Part shown: in pieces, positions 57,635 through 64,000 of the stretch
How the letters are laid out: every line of letters starts with the position of its first letter
Numbering within the stretch: position 1 is the stretch's first letter
Assembly (NCBI GenBank): GCA_963741945.1
Contig: CAVUKA010000003.1
Span: forward strand, 128,001-192,000
Source: an uncultured Gemmatimonadales bacterium
Lineage (GTDB): Bacteria; Gemmatimonadota; Gemmatimonadetes; Longimicrobiales; RSA9
DNA length: 64,000 nt
Direction of reading: 5' to 3'
Notes under the pieces: generated by a model
Told to the model about the DNA's origin: nothing
The model's input: only the letters and a program-made list of their open reading frames with translations
The model's database searches: none
Position numbers and translations under genes: made by a program

Positions 57635-58881
57635 CAGTACATCCTCGCCTGCTCGGCTGCGATGCGCTGCGCCAGTCCCATGGCCAGGAAGCTCGCGAGC
57701 AGGAACGAGCCGCCATAGCTCAGGAACGGCAGCGGAATCCCCGTGACCGGCATCACGCCGATCGTCATGCCGACGTTCACGAGGATGTGGGCGAACCAGG
57801 CCCCGAAGATACCGAAGACCACAATCCCGGCAAAGGGGTCCGACACCCGCTCGGCGATCCGGGCCAGCCGCCAGAGCACCAGCCCGAATGCCAGCAGCAC
57901 CAGGCTCGTACCCACGAATCCCAGTTCCTCCCCGAGCACGCTGAATATGAAATCCGTGTGCTGTTCGGGGAGGAACGCCAGCCGCTTCTGTGTCCCGTGC
58001 AGGAACCCCTTTCCCAGGAGCCCACCGCTGCCGATCGCGACCCGTGACTGGATCACGTTCCACCCGGCCCCGCGTGGATCCACCATCGGGTCCAGGAACA
58101 CTTCGAGCCTGGCCTTCTGATACGGCTCCAGCGAATTCCAGAGCGGCACAGCTATGGTACCCGCGGCCAGGTTCGCGCCCGCCACCAGGATCCCCTCCCA
58201 CAGGTACACGCGATAGAAGTAGAGGAACGCGATCACCCCGATCATGTAGGCGCTGAAGATCCAGGTCTGAAACGCCAGGAAGAGCGCCACGAGCGGGCTG
58301 ATGAAGAGGAACAGGATCCCCACCGGCGTGCCCGCCCAGAACAGCGTCGCCAGCAGCACGGCGCCGAACACCATGGCCGTGCCCAGGTCCGGCTGAAGCA
58401 GCACGAGCCCCAGCGGCATGGCGACGATCAGCACCGGCTTCCACAGCGCGCTCAGTGAGCGCGGGGGCTCGCGCCACCCTCCCATCACCCGGGCCAGCAT
58501 CAGGATGGTGGCGAGATTGGCGAACTGCGCCGGCTGGATGCTGAGGCCGCCAAGTCGGAGCCAGCTCTTCACCCCCTGGGCCGTTCCTGCCCCCGTGCCG
58601 ATGAAGAGCGTCGCACCGAGGACGGCGAGACTGAGGAAATAGACCGGGACGGCCGCCCATTCGAACCACTTCACCTCGATCCGCATCACGATGACGACGG
58701 CCACCAGCGACACGGCGAGGAAGAGGAGCTGCCGCTTCCAGGCGTTGAGCACGGTAGGGTTCGGCACGTCCACCTGCCCGGCCGAGAAGATCATGGCCAC
58801 CCCGAGCAGCGCCAGCAGGAGGACCAGCAGGAACAGGGGAGGGTCCCCGAAGATGGCCCGGATGCGGTCGCCTATTGCCAT
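57634..58881 (-). CDS. rodA: Rod shape-determining SEDS protein RodA
   Basis: [30 protein letters not shown] and [12 protein letters not shown] motifs; follows PBP2. Confidence 0.95.
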   Translation of the reverse strand: MAIGDRIRAIFGDPPLFLLVLLLALLGVAMIFSAGQVDVPNPTVLNAWKRQLLFLAVSLVAVVIVMRIEVKWFEWAAVPVYFLSLAVLGATLFIGTGAGTAQGVKSWLRLGGLSIQPAQFANLATILMLARVMGGWREPPRSLSALWKPVLIVAMPLGLVLLQPDLGTAMVFGAVLLATLFWAGTPVGILFLFISPLVALFLAFQTWIFSAYMIGVIAFLYFYRVYLWEGILVAGANLAAGTIAVPLWNSLEPYQKARLEVFLDPMVDPRGAGWNVIQSRVAIGSGGLLGKGFLHGTQKRLAFLPEQHTDFIFSVLGEELGFVGTSLVLLAFGLVLWRLARIAERVSDPFAGIVVFGIFGAWFAHILVNVGMTIGVMPVTGIPLPFLSYGGSFLLASFLAMGLAQRIAAEQARMY

Positions 58882-60722
58882 CGATCCGCCCAGGGTGCGT
58901 ACCGCCCCGATAGCCAGTGCTCGCGCAGCGTCTGTATCGTGTCCGTCGGCATTCCGTGCGCCTTCCGCAAGTAGTAGTCCGCCGCCTTGGCCGCGATCTG
59001 CGCCACGTCCGAGCCGTGGCGCCCACCCTCGATGATCACCGCCACCACCACCTCTGCCGGGGCGCCCGGCTCACCGCCGATCCCGACGAACCACCCGTGG
59101 TCCGCACCATGGGGGTTCTGCGCCGTGCCCGTCTTCCCCGCCCAGTCCCAGTACTCCAGCGCCGAGCCGTACGCCGTGCCGCCCTGATGGATCACCCGCC
59201 GCAGCCCCTCGCGCAGCCATGCCAGGTGCTCCGGCGACAGGTTCAGCCGCATGGAGTCCCCTGCCACGGACCGCGGCGAGTCCGCCACCACGTGCGGTGC
59301 CGGGGCCGCGCCCTTCGTGGCCAGTGCCGAATAGAACTGCGCCATCTTCAGCACCGTCTGGTCGTCGGCCCCCTGGCCGATGGCCAGGCTCAGGACTTCG
59401 GCCTCCGTCGGCGACCACCCGAAGCGACGCTCGTACCACCTCCGGTCGCCGGGGAAGTTGCCCGCCCGCTCCGCTGGCAGGTCCACCCCGCTGGGGCGGC
59501 TGAAGCCCAGCCGCGTGCCCTCCTCCAGCAGCCGGTCGAGGCCGATCTTCAGCCCCAGCTGATAGAAGTACACGTCACACGAGTGCTTGATCGCGTCGGT
59601 CAGGTTCAGGAGCCCGTGCCCGGAAGGCTCCCAGCAGCGAAAATAGCGATTGCCGTACCGCATCCCGCCGCGGCACGCCAGCGGCATTGTGGCCGCGGGA
59701 TCCACGATTCCGAGCTCGAGCCCGATGGCGGCCGTGGCCAGCTTCCAGGTCGACCCGGGCGGATAGAGGCCTGTCAGCGCGCGGTTCAGCAGGCGCTTGG
59801 TCGAGTCCTGGAGCAGGGCGTCCCAGTGCGACGGGGCGACATAGCCCACGAGCGTGTTGGGGTCGAACGATGGCGAGGAGTAGAGCGCAAGCACATCGCC
59901 CGTCCAGGGGTCCAGTGCTGCCAGCGCTCCGCGCAGCGTGTCCGGGACGATCCGTGCCACGAATTCCTGGAGGTCCATGTCCACGGTGAGCCGCAACGGG
60001 TGACCGGGCACGGGCGTGCGGTCATGCGGGGTGGGCAGGTCCCCGCGGATCCGCCCCAACGCGTCCACTTCCAGGTACCGGACCCCCGGTACGCCCGCGA
60101 GTCGCGCCTCATAGCTGCGCTCCACGCCCGTCTTGCCCACGGACTGACCTGACCGGTAGCCGGGGAAGAGGGAGTCGGCCAGCTCACGCTCGCTGATCTC
60201 GCCCACGTAGCCCACCAGGTGGGCGGCGGCTCGGCCGCCGGGGTAGCGTCGCTTCGGGCCCATCTCGATGAGGAGCTCCGGGAACGATGAATGGCGTTCC
60301 TCCAGCGCTGACACCTGGTCGAAGGACAGGTCCCCGGAGATGACCAGGGGCTGCTGCGGATGACGTCGCTGCCGGACCAGCAGGGTCTGGACGTCGGCGT
60401 CGCTGAGTCCGAGAAACGGCACGAGACGCTGGAGTGTGCTGCGCAGAGAGTCGGCGGGAGCGGGCAGCAGGGAAACCGTATAGCCGGGCAGGTTCTCGGC
60501 CACGAGCCGCCCATTCCGGTCCAGGATCGTGCCACGCGCCGCTGGCAGCGAGATCGGCCGCAGGCGGTTGCGATCCGACTGCATGGCGTACGCCGGATTG
60601 CGCACCACCTGGGCGTGGAAGAACGACAGGCCCAGGACGCCCAGAAGCAGCCACACCGCGGCCAGTGCGCCGCGAGCGCGACGGCGCCGCTCGTGGAAAT
60701 GGAAGGTTTGAAGGTCCGGCAC
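58872..60722 (-). CDS. mrdA: Penicillin-binding protein 2
   Basis: [17 protein letters not shown] (SxxK), SCDVYFY and KTGTAQ motifs; located in the mre cluster. Confidence 0.95.
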   Translation of the reverse strand: MPDLQTFHFHERRRRARGALAAVWLLLGVLGLSFFHAQVVRNPAYAMQSDRNRLRPISLPAARGTILDRNGRLVAENLPGYTVSLLPAPADSLRSTLQRLVPFLGLSDADVQTLLVRQRRHPQQPLVISGDLSFDQVSALEERHSSFPELLIEMGPKRRYPGGRAAAHLVGYVGEISERELADSLFPGYRSGQSVGKTGVERSYEARLAGVPGVRYLEVDALGRIRGDLPTPHDRTPVPGHPLRLTVDMDLQEFVARIVPDTLRGALAALDPWTGDVLALYSSPSFDPNTLVGYVAPSHWDALLQDSTKRLLNRALTGLYPPGSTWKLATAAIGLELGIVDPAATMPLACRGGMRYGNRYFRCWEPSGHGLLNLTDAIKHSCDVYFYQLGLKIGLDRLLEEGTRLGFSRPSGVDLPAERAGNFPGDRRWYERRFGWSPTEAEVLSLAIGQGADDQTVLKMAQFYSALATKGAAPAPHVVADSPRSVAGDSMRLNLSPEHLAWLREGLRRVIHQGGTAYGSALEYWDWAGKTGTAQNPHGADHGWFVGIGGEPGAPAEVVVAVIIEGGRHGSDVAQIAAKAADYYLRKAHGMPTDTIQTLREHWLSGRYAPWADRWQ

Positions 60723-60746
60723 GCTGCTGCCTGTTGATCGCGAAGA

Positions 60747-61220
60747 CTACCGTCGCACCGAGCGGTACAGCATGACCGCGATCATGCCGGCGGCAGCCGA
60801 GTACAGGGACCAGAGCGGAGCCTCTACGAGCAGCGACGACACCGCGCCGCTCTGCCGGGCTCCCTCCGCCAGCAGATAGTATAGCGCATCGTGGAGCCAG
60901 CAGCCGAGGAAGAGGTAAAGGCCCAGGAAGAGCCCGGTTTCCCCCACGAACAGGTCGCGGGAGCGCGCGCCGAGGTAGCCCACCACGGTTTCCACCGCCG
61001 TGGCCGCGCCGAAGGCGACCACGGCCACCGCATCCTCCAGAAGACCGAAGAAGAAGCCGAGCGCCGCAGCGCCGGCGCCGGGAAGCTGACGGGCCCCGAG
61101 CAGGACGGCCACGGTGAGGAGGTCGGGAGCGCGCATCCCGAGCCCCAGGCTGAGGTGCAGAAAGAAGTGCAGCACGGCCAGGCCGGCCACCATCAGCCAG
61201 AACGGCCACCCGCCCTTCAC
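60747..61220 (-). CDS. mreD: Rod shape-determining protein MreD
   Basis: Hydrophobic, with PDLL and GFFFGLLED motifs; lies between mreC and mrdA. Confidence 0.85.
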   Translation of the reverse strand: MKGGWPFWLMVAGLAVLHFFLHLSLGLGMRAPDLLTVAVLLGARQLPGAGAAALGFFFGLLEDAVAVVAFGAATAVETVVGYLGARSRDLFVGETGLFLGLYLFLGCWLHDALYYLLAEGARQSGAVSSLLVEAPLWSLYSAAAGMIAVMLYRSVRR

Positions 61221-62101
61221 GGCGTTCCTCCCCCGTTCTCCGCCGTGTCCGTGGGCGCGGCGCTCCAGAGACCGGAAAGGTCACCGCTGTCGAGAGCGTC
61301 GCCCAGACCCACCAGAACGTGGGTAACGGCCTCCGGCCGGACGGCCGGTTTCAGCAGGTAGCTCTTGCGCCACCCGGTGTCCGCCTCCTCGATCCCCAGC
61401 ACCGTTCCCAGGAGGATCCCCCGCGGATACACGCCGCCCCGGCCCGACGTGACGACCCGGGTCCCCGGCCGTACGTCCACGTGGAACGGCGCTCCCACCA
61501 ACGCCATTTCGTCTTCCTCCCGGTAGGCCCCGCGCCGCGATTCGACGATTCCGTACGCTTCGCCATCCGCCGTCATGGCGCTCGCCCGGAAGTCGGGGTG
61601 TGTCCAGTCGATCCCCTGCGACCAGCTCGGCCCCACTTCCTGCACAACCCCCAGCAACCCCGAGGACGCCACCACCGGGCTCCCCTTCACCACCCCGTCA
61701 TTCTTCCCCACGGCAAGCATGAATCCGCTCTCGCCCCCGGTCGTGCCCACGCGCACCACTTCCGCGGGGACGAAAGAGCGCGGCGCCCGCTCCCGCAGTC
61801 CCAGCAGTTGACGGAGATGGCGATTCTCCTCCGACAGCGTCGCCTGGGCCGTCACCACCACCAGCAGCGAGTCGCGCTGCGCCCGCAGCGCCGACACGTC
61901 CACCGAGCGCAGACCACTTTCAACGATCGCCGCCTGCGTCCAGATGAACGGGCGCAGCACTGTGCCCTGGATCCCCTGGCGCAAGACCGAACGGTAGGCC
62001 GGAGGGAGGAACATGAGGAAGAAGGCCAGCACGACGAGACCCGCGGCCGCGCCGAGCTGGCGCCAGCGTCCGCGAGGAGACCGATCGAAGTAGTCGACCA
62101 C
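61217..62101 (-). CDS. mreC: Rod shape-determining protein MreC
   Basis: TM helix, coiled coil EENRHLRQLLGL, and VVTSGRGGVYPRG. Confidence 0.92.
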   Translation of the reverse strand: MVDYFDRSPRGRWRQLGAAAGLVVLAFFLMFLPPAYRSVLRQGIQGTVLRPFIWTQAAIVESGLRSVDVSALRAQRDSLLVVVTAQATLSEENRHLRQLLGLRERAPRSFVPAEVVRVGTTGGESGFMLAVGKNDGVVKGSPVVASSGLLGVVQEVGPSWSQGIDWTHPDFRASAMTADGEAYGIVESRRGAYREEDEMALVGAPFHVDVRPGTRVVTSGRGGVYPRGILLGTVLGIEEADTGWRKSYLLKPAVRPEAVTHVLVGLGDALDSGDLSGLWSAAPTDTAENGGGTP

Positions 62102-62116
62102 GGCGCCGCGACCCGC

Positions 62117-63148
62117 TCAGGCCGCCAGGACGCTGCGGTAGCGCGGGAGGTCGTCCAGGATGCGCCCCGCTCCCCGCACCACGCACGTGAGCGGCTCCTC
62201 GTCCACATGGATCGGGAGGTTCGTCTCGTGTGCCAGCAGTTGATCGAGTCCGCGAATCAATGCGCCACCGCCGGTCATGATGATCCCGCGGTCCACGATG
62301 TCCGATGCGAGCTCGGGCGGCGTGATCTCCAGCGCGCGGCGGACGGCGTCCACCACCGCCTGGATCGGCTCCTGGATGCACTCCCGGATCTCCTGCGAAT
62401 GCACCCGCACCGTCTTGGGGATGCCGCTGACGAGGTCGCGTCCCTTCACTTCCATCTCACGCTCCTCGCCGCTGGTGAACGCGGAGCCGATCTGGATCTT
62501 GATCGCCTCCGCAGTCGGCTCGCCGATCAGCAGGTTGTAGTTCTTCCGCAGGAACGTGACGATGGCGCTGTCGATCTCGTCCCCACCCACCCGGATCGAT
62601 GTATCGCTCACGATGCCGTTGAGCGCGATTACTGCAATTTCCGTGGTCCCGCCCCCGATATCGATCACCATGTTGCCGGTGGGCGTGTCCACGGGGAGGC
62701 CGACGCCGATGGCCGCCGCCATCGGTTCCGCCACCATGTACACCTCCTTCGCGCCTGCCGCCGCGGCACTCGAGCGCACGGCGCGGCGCTCCAGCTCGGT
62801 GATCCCGGACGGCACGCCCACCACGACGCGCGGCTTTATTCGGAAGATCCGCTTGGACGTGACCTGCCGGAGGAAGTGCCGCAGCATCACTTCCGTGATG
62901 TCCACGTCGGCGATCACCCCATCCTTCAGGGGTCGGATCGCGATGATCCCTTCCGGCGTCCGGCCCAGCATCCGTTTCGCCTCGAGCCCGATGCCCTTGA
63001 TCCTGCTCGTGCCCCGTTCCACGGCCACGACGGACGGCTCGTTCAGGACGATCCCCTCGCCCTTCACGTAGATGAGCGTGTTCGCGGTCCCGAGATCTAC
63101 GGCGATGTCGTTGACCGGGATGAGCCCGGCGGTCAGCCAGCTAGGCAG
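62117..63148 (-). CDS. mreB: Rod shape-determining actin-like protein MreB (proposed CTG start)
   Basis: DLGTANT, EPMAAAIG, DIGGGTTE and TGGGAL motifs. No in-frame ATG/GTG/TTG between the dut stop and DLGTANT; GGGGAG lies 8 nt before CTG 63148. Confidence 0.93.
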   Translation of the reverse strand: MPSWLTAGLIPVNDIAVDLGTANTLIYVKGEGIVLNEPSVVAVERGTSRIKGIGLEAKRMLGRTPEGIIAIRPLKDGVIADVDITEVMLRHFLRQVTSKRIFRIKPRVVVGVPSGITELERRAVRSSAAAAGAKEVYMVAEPMAAAIGVGLPVDTPTGNMVIDIGGGTTEIAVIALNGIVSDTSIRVGGDEIDSAIVTFLRKNYNLLIGEPTAEAIKIQIGSAFTSGEEREMEVKGRDLVSGIPKTVRVHSQEIRECIQEPIQAVVDAVRRALEITPPELASDIVDRGIIMTGGGALIRGLDQLLAHETNLPIHVDEEPLTCVVRGAGRILDDLPRYRSVLAA

Positions 63149-63231
63149 TGGATCGTCTCCCCACCGGCGCAGAGCCGGTCCCTTTAATGCACAATGGATG
63201 CGCCCCGAAAGGCCCCGGGGCGGACCGATGC

Positions 63232-63260
63232 AAACTAGGCGCAGTCCACTCCGACGGCAA
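63232..63260 (-). promoter_or_regulatory. sigma70 promoter of the mre operon
   Basis: TTGCCG (63260-63255), 17-nt spacer, TAGTTT (63237-63232). Confidence 0.6.
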
Positions 63261-63279
63261 GCCGATGCTGGGCTTGATT

Positions 63280-63747
63280 TTACCGCCCCGTACTGCCGAA
63301 TCCGCCAGTCCCGCGCTCCGTCTCCGGGAGCTGCTGCACCTCTTCCCAGCCGATCTGGAGCACCCGGGCCAGGACCAGCTGCGCCACACGCTCTCCGTGC
63401 GCGATCTCCTGCGGTCCCGGATCGTGGTTGATCAGCGGGATCTGCACTTCCCCGCGGTAGTCGCTGTCGATCGTGCCCGGCGAGTTGATCAGGCCGATGC
63501 CACGCCGTATGGCGAGACCCGAGCGCGGCCTGACCTGTGCCTCCATCCCCGCCGGCAGTGCGATCGCCAGTCCCGTCGGCACCAGCACGCGCGCACCAGG
63601 CCCCAGCGTCACCGCGGGGCCCGCGTTGCGCAGGTCCACGGCCGCCGAGCCTGGCGTGGCGTACTCCGGCAGCGCCCAGTCCGCCGGATAGTGTGCCAGG
63701 CGCCGCACCCGGACCCGCGCGACCTCTCCCCGGAATTCGCTCTCCAC
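63280..63747 (-). CDS. dut: dUTP diphosphatase
   Basis: GSAAVDL, RPRSGLA, GTIDSDYRGE, GERVAQ and RGTGGFGSTG motifs; probable GTG 63747 after GGAGG. Confidence 0.94.
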   Translation of the reverse strand: MESEFRGEVARVRVRRLAHYPADWALPEYATPGSAAVDLRNAGPAVTLGPGARVLVPTGLAIALPAGMEAQVRPRSGLAIRRGIGLINSPGTIDSDYRGEVQIPLINHDPGPQEIAHGERVAQLVLARVLQIGWEEVQQLPETERGTGGFGSTGR

Positions 63748-63780
63748 AGGTTTCGCGGCCTCCCTCCACAAACGACCGAC

Positions 63781-63822
63781 GGCGCCCCGGAGCCCGCGTT
63801 CCGCCACGGTCTCCGGAGCGCC
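63781..63822 (-). terminator. Long stem-loop between ald and dut
   Basis: Minus strand GGCGCUCCGGAG-A-CCGUG / CGCGG-G-CUCCGGGGCGCC; the G-U pairs favour the minus-strand RNA. Weak U-tract. Confidence 0.45.
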
Positions 63823-63892
63823 ACCGCCCAGGACTACGGATCCGACCTCGTGCGTGTGTACCACCTCGACCACGAGGTGGAGGGCGTACTCG

Positions 63893-64000
63893 TCAGAGCA
63901 CGTCCTCCACCGCCGTGAAGTCGAGTCCGAACGCCTCCGCGACACCGGGATAGGTGACCTTCCCGCGCACGACGTTCAACCCGAGCGCCAGCGCGCGGTC
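63893..64000 (-). CDS. ald: C-terminal fragment, probable alanine dehydrogenase
   Basis: Translates DRALALGLNVVRGKVTYPGVAEAFGLDFTAVEDVL-stop, matching the typical AlaDH C-terminus; truncated by the window edge. Confidence 0.75.
   Translation of the reverse strand, partial: DRALALGLNVVRGKVTYPGVAEAFGLDFTAVEDVL

Noticed and set aside
63149-63769. 207-aa N-terminal extension of MreB from the ORF track
   Set aside because: It overlaps dut in another frame, is low-complexity, and spans the predicted mre promoter.

Overview
High-GC bacterial chromosome segment; gene content and order suggest Gemmatimonadota (Longimicrobiales-like), which is an inference. No rRNA, tRNA, CRISPR array, integrase or transposase was seen. 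The left third (1-21.2 kb) looks accessory. It carries a cytochrome c-dependent nitric oxide reductase operon (probable norC end, norB, norQ, norD), then a tightly coupled operon: ASRT-family protein without a rhodopsin, ThDP enzyme, enolase-superfamily enzyme, FAD/Fe-S oxidoreductase, GH15 hydrolase and a His-bearing membrane protein. Next come DUF421, a Na+/H+ antiporter, DUF296, SDR, patatin, a CDP-alcohol phosphotransferase and a CBS protein, then a promoter/two-hairpin/terminator element before an 85-aa orphan ORF. The rest is mostly core genome: purH-purN, an orphan histidine kinase, erpA, gmhB, selA, valS, a DapL-like aminotransferase, a JAB-DinG fusion, rsmI, trxA, clpB, guaA, lysA, proS, hisS, folC, accD, rodA-mrdA-mreDCB, dut and the end of ald. 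The best leads are: (1) a possible membrane-anchored, non-phosphorylative glucoside oxidation pathway, perhaps under sigma54 stress control; (2) strong enrichment of the Bacteroidota O-glycosylation sequon D-[ST]-[AILVMT] in exported proteins; (3) a candidate sRNA or attenuator at 19.5 kb; (4) a JAB-DinG helicase; (5) a CsoR-like operator on erpA; (6) mreB apparently starting at CTG. All calls come from reading motifs by eye; no database searches were run.
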